64,000 nt of DNA, from the NCBI GenBank assembly GCA_030704615.1, contig CM060733.1:76384001-76448000 (forward strand), read 5' to 3'. Shown in pieces: positions 44,508 to 57,584 of this stretch. The notes beneath the pieces were generated by a model that did not search any database, was not told the origin of the DNA, and was given only the letters and a program-made list of their open reading frames with translations. The first letter of the stretch is position 1. Every line of letters starts with the position of its first letter. Origin of the DNA: Takakia lepidozioides. Its lineage: Eukaryota > Plantae > Bryophyta. A program made the position numbers and the translations under genes.

Positions 44508-46161
44508 AAACATGCAGAAGCGTTACATTCGATTCATGTGGAAAGATTACTGGAAATTGGGGAATGAGCAGAGGAAATTGGAGGACGACTTACTTCGTAT
44601 ATCACCTCCACCATTCCATCCATAGTGAGACGATACCATGTCCGGTCTGTTTTTGCAACGGCTTTGTGAATGAGCTCGGGCTCTAGCATTTCCGCAAACA
44701 TCTGCGGATCAGTGAGACCAGTTTTCCTCACCCTGTACAGCATATGTGCCATGTGGGTATGCACGTATGCATTCTCAGTGACCCTGCAAGGCACACTCTC
44801 CAGTTCAGTACACGGAAGCACGGAAACAAACCAGAATGGAAACCGAATGCGGCACCGCATTTCGAACGTGCTAGGGAGGGTATGAGTATCTTACGAGTTG
44901 AGGTCCGCCATGGCATTCTTGAGCAGGAGGAGTCTGCCGCCTTCACCTTTAGGATGACACACTCCACCATGTAATGCCAGCCAATGTGCTTGGCATGGTT
45001 CTGCTTGATGTACTCCCACCAGGCAAGAAGTCGGTGATTCCCGTCCCACACAAAGAACATTTTACCAGACATATGGCCGAAGTCTAGATCACCCTTCAGC
45101 GTCGCCTCGAATTCGTCGTTGCGAGTGTGCCAGTGGGTATCCCACGTTGACAATTCATCGGCAGTGGGTCCACGAGTTTCGCCGTCCTCATTCTCAATGG
45201 AAACGTAAAACGCTGCCGATCCCAGACGGTACCCTTCTCGAAATGCGAACTTGAGCTTATCCACATCTCCGGGAAGGGCCTGCCTGACGATGGAAGGGAG
45301 ACCATGCGACAGAGTGGGATTCGAAGAGTCCGCTGGAATACCCTGCTGCCCAGAACTCTGCCAATGCTACTGTGTGTCTCCTCCAACATTTTATCCGCTG
45401 CACTTTTGAAATCCTCCGGAGACATGTCTGTAGGTGCCGGTAGTGGCTGAGCAGCTGGAGCATCCTCAACTGGAGCTGCACTCTGGGGCCTGTCTGCGGG
45501 CAATTCTGCCATTGCAGAGGCCCTCCTCGGGCCTGCTTGCTCATCGGTGGTGAGTCTTGCTGCGAACGTTGAGCGGCAGCACCCTCCTCCGGTACCAAAT
45601 CGAGATCAACGGTCGATCCCATTGCCTTCGCTGCAGCAGAGTCGGCCCCAACATCTGCAGGCGGGAAATCCTCCAGGAACTGAGCTTCAGCTCGTGGAAG
45701 CGGTTTTGCGGGAGATTGTTCGGCCGTCGCCCTGATTGCCTTCTGCTTCCTCATCCTTGCAGGTGAAGGTGTCTGCTGCAATTGAATCTGTCTTTACCCT
45801 GCTGCTTCATTTCGCGTTGGGGGGGTGAATCGGCCTGAGCCGGTTCAGAAGCCAGTAGAGGGACGGGCTGCTTCTTCTTCGACTTTGCTGGAGAAGGGCC
45901 CGACCCCTGCTGGCGATTCTCCATGACCGAAGAACGCGAGTCGATCTCTGGGGCTTTGAACTTGCCCTTCGAAGCCGCGTCTTTGAATCGCACAGGGCTA
46001 GGCCCGGCAGGAATACCCGCGCTCGGGGATCGGGTGGGTGTACGTGCTGCAGCTAGCTCCTCGGACTCTTCCTGCGGCTCTTCGGATTCCTGCGATCCTC
46101 CAGCACGTCCACCTTTCCTGTTAGGCATGCAAACATGTTCTGCATTCAAGTCTCCTAGCAT
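44508..46161 (-). pseudogene. 5' half of the ParB-methyltransferase gene (ParB-like domain)
   Basis: RIPLCRMV...KMFFVWDGNHRLLAWW; inverted homolog of 39934-41576. Confidence 0.8.
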
Positions 46162-46754
46162 TCAGTCTAAGAATTACAGAAGCAAAATGGGGGTTCGGTG
46201 CTCGATCAGCTGCGCGCAGCCCGATCGCATGGAGCTCTCACTGGTGGCTGGGTTGCCTGAGTGGCCTGCTGCTCGGAGATGGCAATCTCCTCCTGTAGAC
46301 GCATCTGCTTCCTCCCCTTCGGCATTGGCCTACGTCCGAAGTATAATTTCCGGAGCTTGCGACGAGGTCTCCTGTCTGGTGCACGAACTCCCCCCTCTCA
46401 GGTTCGAGCATAAGAAGAACAGAGAGAGGGAAAAGGGGCAAAGAGTGCAGATGGAAAGGCGCGGAGAGGGGTGACTGAGGAGACACGACAAAAGTAGATG
46501 AAACGGCGGTGATGCACCACTTGGGTTCGAAAGGGTTGGACGAAAGTGTTCTCCTCGTGGACTTTGCGTCATTACGAAATTCGAATCGTTCAGGGTACGC
46601 CTGCCGTCCGAAAAACAAACATCATTATCCAACGGTCAGGCCGCGCCGCCTCATGCCCCTTCAGTCAGATAGAGTGCCGACATGTCAGCAATTCCGTTGC
46701 TCCACGTGTTCACATTTCAAGGCATTTCCGTCCCAGCGTCTGATGAGTTGGAGC

Positions 46755-48270
46755 GAAAATGCGAATGCGGCGCCGCATTTCCGTTAAGTACCATCACGAA
46801 GCTACACATCCGTACTTGTTGGAAGAAAATGCGGCACCGCATTTCCGTTCCACCTTCACATACCTTAGTTGTTGAACGGAAATACGGTGCCGCATTTCCG
46901 TCCCACAGCTCCATGTATGAGATTCAAAAGGGAAATGCGGCGCCGCATTTCCGTTCTGGAATGTCGAAAGGTGCGATTCGGACGGAATGAGGCACAACAT
47001 TTCAGTTCCCGTGGTTCATGATTTTCAATGTGAACGGAAATGCGGTACCGCATTTCCGTTCCCCCTTCACATACGTTAGTTGATGAATGGAAATGCCGTG
47101 CCACATTTCCGTTCGGGAAAGTATAGAGGTCTCACCTGGACAGAAATGCGGTGCCGCATTTCCGGTCTGGAAAGTTTGAAGGTCTCACATGGATGGAAAT
47201 GCGGCGCCGCATTTCCGTTCTAGAATGTCGGAAGGTGCGACTCGGACGGAAATGCGGTGCCGCATTTCTGTTCCCGTTGCGCACGATTTTCAGTCAGAAC
47301 GGAAATGCGGTACCGCATTTTCGTTCTGTAGAGTATTAACGTCTGACGCTGGCGGAAATGTTGTGCCGCATTTTCGTTCCACAGCTCCATGCCTCACATA
47401 CAAAACGGAAATGCGGCGCCGCATTTCCGTTTTGGAATGTCGGAAGGTGCGACTCCGACGGAAATGCGGTACCGCATTTCAGTTCCGATGTTTCAGGATA
47501 TTTCATCAGAACGGAAATGCGGTGCCGCATTTCCGTTCTGGAATGTTGGGAGGTGCGACTCGGATGGAAATGCGCTGCCGCATTTCAGTTCCGATGGTTC
47601 ACGATTTTCAGTCAGAACGGAAATGCGGTACCGCATTTCCGTTCTGGATAGTATGAATGTCTCAAGCGGTCGGAATTGCGCTGTAATGAAGCTGTCGGAA
47701 TCTTCGGCTCCATCATCAGATAAAAATGGAAATGCGGCGCCGCATTTCCTTCTGGAATGTCGGAAAGTGCGACTCGGACAGAAATGCGGTGCCGCATTTC
47801 TGTTCCCGTTGTTCATAATTCTCAATCAGAACGGAAATGCGTACCGCATTCCGTTCCACCTTCACATACCGTGCTTTGATGGAAATGTGGTACCTGCATT
47901 TCGTCAGAGTATGAATGTCTTTTAAGGATGGAAATGTGCTGCACATTTCTATCCTCAGCTCCATGCATCAGATACAAAATGGAAATGCGGCGCCGCATTT
48001 CCGTTCTGGAATGTCGGAAAAGTGCGACTCGGACGGAAATGCGGTGCCGCATTTCTGTTCCCGTTGTTCATAATTCTCAATCAGAACGGAAAGCGGTACC
48101 GCATTTCCGTTCCACCTTCACATACCGTGCTTGCTGGATGAAATGCGTTACCGCATTTCCGTTCTGGAAGATATAAGGTTTCCCCCGGACGGAAACTCGG
48201 TGCCGCATTTCCGTCGCTCTGGTGCATGACCAAAGCAAAACGGAAATGCGGCGCCGTATTTCCGTCCACC
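46755..48270. repeat. Second 53-bp-period palindrome array
   Basis: Same repeat and similar spacer order as 28515-30010, with indels. Confidence 0.92.
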
Positions 48271-48688
48271 AGCAATTGAAGAATCATCGGGACGGGAAAT
48301 CTGGAACCTGAATGGGTTGCATTGTTCCGAAACAACATTGCGGCCAGTCTTGATGAGCACAACTTGGTTGTCTGACTGTTTTAACTAACAGTCCTGGCAC
48401 TTGTCAGTGCGAACGTTCCGTCTGCCTCGAGAATACTGCTGGATCCACCCTCAGGAGAAACTGTCAGAGATGTTATTTCGTCGCCGAATCGGCCATCATT
48501 GTCATACTTACTGGCTATGGAATCATCAAACCTCCCACCTTCATGCATGTAGCTTGAAACAATACTTTCCACTTCAATGTGCGACTTCCAATCGTCGATG
48601 GACTCCGCAGATCCACTTAGGTGGTGCCTGTGAGCCTTGGTCTGTCGCTATACTGAACCTCGCACTTGCCAACTCCGTGCGGTGTTCG

Positions 48689-51600
48689 ATGGCTCCGAAT
48701 TCCTACGCTATAGTTTGCTGTCCTCCGCAACTTGGGAGAGCCTGGATCCCAAACGAGGAGGACTTTGCAAAGTGACTGAAACTTACCTTTGTTCCAAATT
48801 CAAGCTCAAACCGGGCACAGTTTATTTGGAAGAAGAAAGGAAGGATGTTCCTGGACAGGTTGACGAGACCATTGTCGTGCTAGGTAACGACGGAGGTTGC
48901 GAATCGAATGGCACGTTCCCCCGTCAGACACCATCCTGTACCGAGCTGTGGACCCATTCCCCTTCCCTTTCCGAATCAGTCGCTGCCCCACCCATCCACA
49001 AAGGAGTCCGGAAACCGAGAGCGGCCACTGCCAACAGAGAGGTATGCAACGATAATCATTCCCGACCTGGACCGTCAAGACCCTCCATAGCTTCTCGTGT
49101 GGACGTATTCGACATTTCCGACGAGGAAGATGATTGCATTGAGGTACCCATGTCCTCCACACGGTCGTTCAAATCCGGCATGGACGTCTCTGTCGGTGCT
49201 ACGAATGTGCCCTCGAGCATAACTCCAACCCGTCCATTGTGCAGCTCCTACGACAACATCACCTCGATGGTTCTCGCTCCGAGCTGGCTGCTCTCGACTA
49301 TGCCAAATTCCCAGTCAGAAAGGTAACGTTTCTGCCTCCCGAAGTCGATGGCAATGTCATCTTCGAGTTTCCACCTGTTTTCTGGTCAAACAAAGCCCCA
49401 GATGTTAACAGACATGGATCGAAAGCATGACGGACACCCCTGGTGTGTGACGAAGACCAGTAGCACGAAAATTGCTGATGGTGTTCGTGTACGATATGTC
49501 CTCTGTGCGGGGAAGCTGAGGTGCCTCAATCCCACCTGCTTCCACTTTCTCTCCAAAGGAGGGCGGAGAAACGAGACGGATTGGACTGGCAAACGCATCA
49601 TCCATTCATTGTCTCCAGCCAAGCTCCTGCGGGTTCTTTCAAGTGTGCACATTGCAAAGAACCACCGACGTGCATGTCCATGTGCAGAGCCAAGCAATAT
49701 TACGTTACATTTGCTCCCGGACTTGACTAGAGCTTGCATACACGTTGGGGTCCACTGCCACCCCTTGGCGAGAGGCAACATGCGTGAGGCTGTGCAGGAA
49801 GCACACGACATCATAAAAGAGGAGGTGAAATTGAGCCCCGGAGCCAGACCAAAGCAGATTCAGCTGAAGGCAGCCCACAAGATTGCTCTTGGCAAAATCA
49901 TGTCTGAAGATGGTTCCGACCGAGAGCCCTTGACCGAAGACGAGATGCGTGACCTCTTGGAGTCCGTCTCGCACGTTTGTAGTCCGAATGTGCGGAATCA
50001 CATCGTATCTTGCAAGCAGGAGTTCGGCAGGGGGTCGGACATGTACTCAATCTTGGAGGTGAAACGAATGACTGGATATGACTACATCCAAGGTAGCAGG
50101 TTTCCAAGGCAAGGCAGCGAATCCGATCGTTGTTACATTTTTTCAAAATGTCGACGTGTGGGCCTGGGAGTGGAGTCGACTTGGTCACTCGCATGACAAC
50201 TGGAAAACGTGTCGAATGCTTGGGTGATGTTTGATCACATCAAGCGAATTACAAACCATCAGTGGGTGACTATGGGTGCACATGTTTATGACTATCACTC
50301 CAAGAGGCTCATGACATTGCAATCTGCGAGATGAAAGGGGAGGACACACAGTCCGAGATGCATCTGTGGGAGGGCATAAACGAGCAGATGGCAAGGGCGG
50401 GATTGCCAGAGCCCAATTTCAGGGATTCATGGCAGACAACGCTCAGGCCAACTGGGCAGCGGTGCGGCGTGTGTACGGTGAGGACCCCAATGTTCCAATG
50501 GAGGGGAAAGAGAGATCCTGTGGATCCATTGGATGCAGAGTCTATCCCACTACACTACCAATTTGTTGCTAGCTCATTCCAGGGCTGAACACCGTGTCCT
50601 TTGTACGGCGTGGAAGGATGCACCCACATTTGATGACGCGGAGGTTAAGTTTTCTATCATCGAGGCTTGGTGGAACACGTCAGGTGCAGTGGAGACAACC
50701 AATCTGGGAGCATTGCACAGCTGGTTGGGGTGGTGGCATTTTCGGTATCGACAGTTCGGACAGTACATGCGGGAGGTAGGCTGCTGTCAATTTCGTTCAT
50801 TTGTCTTTCTGTTACGGACATTTCGATTGGTCCCTCACCATTGTTTGTGTCCTTCTAGGAGCGGTGCTTGGATTCCGACACGGACATGCCGAACACGAAT
50901 ATGGCAGAATCGGTCCACTCCTCCTGGCGAGCGTCTTCTGCCGCACATCTGGTGGACGTAGTGACGGCCACAACGGAGGACATCGACAGAGCAATCATGC
51001 AGCAAGCCACGTACTACAAGTTTCTGAGCGGCAAACAATGGGGCTTTGGGCCGGACAGGGAGGAATTGTTGGTACGAACAGCTTCGAGGTCCAAGAATCC
51101 AGTGAAATGGGCGACAACATTACGAGAGAAGATCAAAGGGACGCCTCTGCACCGCAGAGGTGAACACCTAGAGGGGGACGTCCGGACTCGCCCTGTCAGG
51201 CGGAGGATTGAAGAGGAACCCGGGTGCGAAGAGGATTCCTGGAGATCCGACATGAACATTCGGACAGCACCTCGAGGTCCCGTCATGTTGCCACACAATG
51301 TGTCTTCCAGCAGTGGAAGCCCAAGAAATTCCAGATCGCCGTCGCCTTCAACCGGGGATTTCGTGCAAAAATTCCCACCGCTCCCTTGCCCCAGATTCCG
51401 CCCGCTGTTATGCAGTATGGCCAAGCCATTGTGGAGACGACTATGTCTGCATCACAGTGGAGAATTGCTCGCACAAAGCCGTCGTTTCGAGGAAGGTGTT
51501 CCGCAATTCGTGTGGATACACGGCAACGTTGTTTAGAGATGATAAGGAGGAATCCAGATGGGGCTGTCCCTGTCCCTGCTCCTACTTTTACAGGAAGATT

Positions 51601-52297
51601 TGTCCATGCAAAGTTTGCGGAGGCGACAACCACCCCCAGTTCTGTTCTGCAGGCACGACATTATGACTTGCGTGTATGGAAAGCCCAAGTACGGCATATA
51701 AACAATGCCAGAGGCTCCCCCGGTGTGGCCGGTGGAAACAGGCTGCGATCTGAGTCAGGTTGAGACCGACGCCCTTACCGCCGCAGGATTTCGGATGGTG
51801 CAGCGCACTGACGTCCCCAGAGAACCATTTCCTTCCACAGCCTCCACCACCACCACCGACCCTGTGAGAGCAAGAACAATGGGACACGACAGCTCTAAGC
51901 ATCCTACACACCGTTGGGGAAAACCGAAGAGGCGGCGACCTCCTTCAAAAGTGAACGAGACAAGGATGGGGAATGCACTTCGGATGAACTGTACAATCCA
52001 GAGCTCGACAGAAGTGCCCCACCAGGATTCGGGCGTGTGTATCAGATGGCCACGGCGGGCTCAGCTGTTCACAATGAGGTGTACACCATCACCATTTCAG
52101 AATTACCCACCTGCAATTGCACCAACTTCCAGATCATGGCGAACAAGGGGGCATCATACTGCCCTTGCAAGCATTTGTACTACGTGTACCTAAAGAGACT
52201 CCGTTGTAATTCCACAACTCATCACTTCATACATGCACCAGGGTTGAGCCCCCAGGAGGTTCACACTCTTCTGAATATGGATCCAGGGGACCAGTGA
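48689..52297 (+). pseudogene. GCM-MULE-SWIM transposase, close to copy A but with many 1-2 nt indels
   Basis: ORF fragments match 30397-34004 throughout. Confidence 0.9.
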
Positions 52298-53479
52298 GCT
52301 TGGCTTGCGGTCCCCATACAATGGTACGCCCATCCTTTTCGGATAGTAGAACTGTACTGCTGCCAGTACCTCAGGCTCTGGCCACAGAAAGGTCCGACAT
52401 ATGTCTTGCCTACCAGTAACCTGTTTTGCTCGAACTAAGATATACTATATCGTTCACTTGTTTCCACGTGCATGTATTTTTGTATGTTGGAGGGTTCATG
52501 TTTTGCTTTCCTTTCCGAAAACTTGCTTTCCTCATTCGACCTCCGACAAGGAAATGCGGCGCCGCATTTCCAAGTATCGTCGTAGGTACTGGTAGAGGCG
52601 GCCTTCGCCAACACCAAACCGCTCCGAAATTTCGCACGTGCGAACCCTAATGCGGCACCCTATTTCCCAGTTTAGTTGCAAACCTTTCCCGCCGAATACC
52701 CAAAGAAGACAGAATTGTGAAGTACTGCAGACTGTATTGGTGCAGACTCCATTGGTTCAATCGCGGCAAAAGGGTCAGCTTCATTCCAATGTTAAGGCAT
52801 GTAAAACCGCGGAATACTCTATACAGGCCAGTATGCGACGTCCTTTTGCAGTGGTATACTGGATTTCCCGTTGCACGGTCACTTATTTCCATGAGCGGAT
52901 CTAAAAAACCATGAGCGGACTTGTTACACATATCTTCGCCGCATTACATGATCTGGAACGTCCAAAAACGGCAAGGTCAAATAAAAAACTATTATTTTAA
53001 TACTTGTTTAATCTGCCGCATTTCCAAATTTGGAGGAGTCCGCTCATGAAATCCGCGTATCTTAGACTTCGGCTCACTGCTCATGCGGCTCATGCGGCTC
53101 ATGGCTCATGGCTCATGGTTTCTGCTCATGAAATAGTAAACCTCAAATATGTCATTCAATATTGTGAGGACGGGAGAATCTCATTCAAGCACAAAATAAG
53201 CCTTTACACGGTTAACCCTTAAAAGATGAGAACTTTCTTGGCAGCACCCAAAAAACAGTACCTACCTATCAAGTACCAAACAAATATCAAGTAGCTAGGG
53301 CATGTCAATCCTTAAAGATAAGCACTTTTGGGGCAACACTAGAGACAAAGTACCTACCTATCAGTGGATACTCTATCTTTGTACCATTGACCCACATTCA
53401 TGAACTGTACAAAGTCATCTCTAAATACTACATCCTCGCTGCAAAATGTGGGCAAATTCTACAATTACGTGTACATAAG

Positions 53480-53670
53480 GCGAAGCCTGGAAATTAAAAC
53501 TGAAGAACACTTCTCCTACTGCCCTCTATACTACGAGATCCGTGGGAGATTCCACTGTTTATTCAGTGGAACCCAATCTCTCAATGAAGTTGTCCACTAT
53601 GAGGATCATAAATGCTTGGCAGCTTACCTGCATGAGGCCTTCACCCTTAGACAATCGCTAGAACACCAGT
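53480..53670 (+). mobile_element. LINE 3'-end remnant (C-terminal Zn-knuckle region)
   Basis: KTEEHFSYCPLYYEIRGRFHCLF resembles the E.E.HF...C..Y..IR motif of LINE ORF2. Confidence 0.5.
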
Positions 53671-54111
53671 TCTTATTCTGGGTTCTGGTTTTGTTTGCTT
53701 TCTCATGTTTTCTTCCATTTTGTCCCATAAGCTCTATGAGCTTTCCGCGGACATTAAAAGCACCATTTCAGTTCATTTCCCATTTCCCACTACGGAGCGG
53801 ACCTTCTTCTCTCCTCTATCTCTTGGTCCCCTGTGGAGCAGGCCACTTGCTCCCCTCCTTGTTCCCGGTCCTTTGCTGCCCTCCTGGCTCCCCTGCCTTG
53901 GCCGTAGGAAAAGACAGATTTGATTGGACCTCGTTTGTAACACAATGGGGATGGGTAAGTTAGGTGAGCTATGGATAATTTTTCTGCCCATTCAAATTTT
54001 GTCATGCAATAGTCACCTTTTGCAAAAAGCAAAAAGCCATGTCCAACTGTCGTACCTTCTCTTGTAAACTTTTCTAAATACAACATAGCCAGAATACAAA
54101 TTCCTGGCTAA

Positions 54112-54570
54112 GAGCATCTCCAACAGTGTCCCTCCATCGGGCCCGCCAAGCTGCTCATGGCGTGGAGTTTGGCGGAAGGACGTCCACCAGGGTCACGCTA
54201 AATCCATCACCGAGGTGGGTTGGCCAGTCTACAGAAGCCACGTGGTGGCTCCAGGCTAAGCCACGTGGTGGCTCCAGGCTGCGCCACACCTGCTATTCTC
54301 ATCCCAAAAAGCAAGAGTGCTCATTCTTCATAACTCTGCTCAACGTGCACACACCAAACTTGCTCTCCGGTGCTTGGGCATGCACATGCGCGCTTGGCGG
54401 AGGTTTGGCGAGGTACCCCAAAGATGTAAAATATGGTGTAGCCCCCTTGCCCTTGGCGTAGGTCCCTCTGCGCCAAATATAGTGTTGGTGGGGTACGGTG
54501 GGTCACGATCCGGAAACGCCATGCCAAAATGGCATTGGAAATGCATGGCGTATCTGCATTGGGGGTGCTC
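54112..54570. mobile_element. Tourist-like (PIF/Harbinger) MITE, 459 bp
   Basis: TIRs GAGCATCTCCAA / TTGGGGGTGCTC (10/12); TAA TSD at 54109-54111 and 54571-54573. Confidence 0.85.
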
Positions 54571-57500
54571 TAAAGCCTTTTACCCATTTTCAGCCTCCAT
54601 GGCCTCTCATGCGAGGTTATTTTTTCCTCATTAATATATTTCGGCCTACCTTGGGCCTTTGTTTATTTTGAAAACATTGAAAAAAATAGTGGGCTTGATT
54701 TGGGAGGCCATGCTTTTGTGGCGCAAATGGCGCATTAACTTAAGACTAGGGCTAGCACCATTTCAAGATAAACTAGTAAAAACATTACCACATCATCATT
54801 TAGTGGGAGACTAGAATAGATAGCGGCCATGAACACTCCCCAACTTCCTCCGTACGGTGTGCTTTGATCCCACACAACGACGTCATGGCAGCGGCTGAGA
54901 GCAAATCATGAGGACAAATTTGTGCGGAACTCTAACTCCAAGTTGCAGACAAAACAACCTAATTTGCGGGCCGATTTAGTTTAGATCCAAGGGCGCCAGA
55001 GCATATGGAGGCCCAAAATGGGTTGAGCTCTCATCCCTTGCTTTCTTGCATTCTGTTCTTTTGGTTTCTTTTGGTCCCCTGAGTAAGCCTTCACAGGCCA
55101 TGACCTGTGGTGGTATTTTTTCCTCTCATTTCAATCTCTTTTCAGGGCTCCGTCACCCCCAAAAAAAGAAAAAAAAGCAAAAAGGGTTAGTGTGGTCCAT
55201 TAGGGGTCGAGAGAACAAACCTGAGTGGAAAATCTGTGCTAGATCCGGTCTCCTTTCCTCTCTTGGTAATTCAGAGAAGAAGACGAGTCCGGCACAAAGC
55301 TGGCGTAACTAAGAGCCACTTCTTCTTGCGGCTACTGCCCCCTTCAGGATGGTACTTCCATACATTGGTTCGGGGATGGTATTCCAGCTGTAAGCCCTCA
55401 TGGCCTCAAGTGGTTATTTTTCCCACCACTTTCTAATTTATTCCAGGGCCTCTGTCCCAAATATACCAAACGGAAAAGCCATATGGCTAAGTCATATTGT
55501 TGCAATAACCTGCCCACGCAAACGCTAACAGGACAGTCAAAGCCCAACAACAACTGTTGTCTGACTAGCGATAGGATCAGAACGCGTGCCGTCCAGACGG
55601 TGCCGAGCCCAACGAGAGAGACGACAGAATGCAGCGGGCTACAAGCGTTGTTGCTCTGCTGTATTAAGAAGTCCACTGTGAAAGCCATCCTCGAAAGAGT
55701 CCATCGAAATAGCAAGCTGGCTGGCAAATGTGATGGACACATTAGTACTCTTTGATCTCTCGACCTTATAAATTGTCTTTCTTCACCGAGCGTCAACACA
55801 TATGTCGTAATCAACTGACTCTTTCTTTCTTTCTCTCTCCTGATACACATACTTTACACAGGCACAGAGAATGGCGCCCCGCACGTTGCTGGCAATGTTA
55901 ATGGTGCTGATGGTGACTGGCGGCTTGGGGTGTGACGGATGCGCATAGCCATGCATGTGCCTACACAAATATAATTCAACCGGAAACATTTAGAATTCGG
56001 AGCTGTAGCCCTGGTGACTTGATCTGTGCATACGAGCTGTCAAGCGGTGCCACACCAAGGGGCTTCCTCACCTGCAATGCAACCGGTTCCTGGGATGTCA
56101 ATAACCTTTGCGGGGGCTTAACGACCCCTACACGACTCCCAACAAACATGGATGTGCTTGCTATTGAAATGTATAAGTTGAGAGAGCTACGTATATGCTT
56201 GTTGCCGACAAGTTAATGGAGTACATCATTTCTGTAAGGTCTGCTTATGATTTAACTGATCCAGATGGGCATCTATGAATACCGCAATGGATGTACGTTA
56301 GATATAAATTTCAGAGTTTGTAGTCCGTAGAATCTGGCAACATACTTGACGAGCCAGGGATTATAGATCAGATGCGAATGTTCAGTACACTCGGTGCTCT
56401 CATGCAGAAGAGAAATAAAGAGCGAGCAATGTGGTCCAAGCTACCCACATTCGGAACGCTCAAACTTTGAGATCCAAACTTTGTGCTCGCTTTCATCATC
56501 TTTAGATATGGCCAGCTATTCTGCGAGTGGTATCAATTTTCTTCGGCTCTAGACTTTTGCCCCAGCCTTTGGAAACAAAGGACTTTGTAAACCATGCAAA
56601 GAAAGTAAAAAAAAAAGTTCAGTCACACTAGATCGTTGGTCAACTTTCTCACTCTCTCTCATCTCTCGTCCTCCTCTCTCGATACTGGCGTCCCGGAGAA
56701 TGCAGCTCACAGGGTTCAAAAGGTTCCAAAATATTAATGTAAGAACTTTCCTTACAAAGGTCCGATGTACGACCCCGTGTCAACCTCTTCCTATTTCAAG
56801 TAGTTGTAATCTGATTCAGTACTGCATGTCAAGCTCGAGCTAAACAGACAACTAATTATAAGGCTTTGCCAACTTTATATTTGTGTCTGACTCTCATTTG
56901 TCTCTCAATCTCAAGTACTGAGTTCAGTTGGATCTTCCAAATATCCCTCTTTCTCTATCAATCACACTCGGCTTTCCTCCAAAGAGTTTTGACCTATGGG
57001 TTTTGGCAAGTTTCTGCGATGGCTATGGCGCTGGAAACTGCATTGTGACGATGGCCACGTACATGAAGATATTTAAACATTTAAATGGTTCGTTTCATTA
57101 GATCTCATTGGGTGATACTGTCTACCAATGAAAGTCGGGTGACACCCAAGGTTACACCTCAATTTTGTTTTATACACGCGAACGTGTGGAGGGTCAGACG
57201 ACTACTGTAACAGTTAATAACTAACCCATTCCTATTCCCAGGACATGCCTGCCTCCCCTTATCACCTCCCCTGCCATGGCCGCATCCTCTCTCCTCCTTC
57301 CTCTCTTTTGTGAGATTACAAGTAGCTGTTCGGACTTGGGATTCTGGAGTGCTTAGCTTGGTTGCAGTGGTTCTGGGTCTTATCTTGTGGACCCAGTTTG
57401 TTGTTTATGTGGAATGGGAACTTCCACAAACATAGTTGGTCTTCTTTCTCTGATCTCTCTCTTTCTCTCTCTCTCATTTTTGTAAATTTTTGATCAGACT

Positions 57501-57584
57501 CTTTGTTTCGCCGTGTATTGTTGTGCGACATGTCGGTCTGTTAATGGGAAGAATGAAGTGACCACTGCAAATAGAGCTGTGAAA

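Larger units (their letters stand above)
44508..53144 (+). mobile_element. Mutator-like element copy B-right: 5' half of ParB gene (-), palindrome array, transposase (+), terminus
   Basis: Shows physical linkage of all three modules; terminus identical to copy A. Confidence 0.88.

Noticed and set aside
35536-53144. Single intact TIR element
   Set aside because: No TSD; both termini lie 3' of a transposase, so they are probably equivalent ends of two inverted copies.
54600-57500. Short ORFs upstream of the protease
   Set aside because: No recognisable motifs; looks intergenic or promoter-like.
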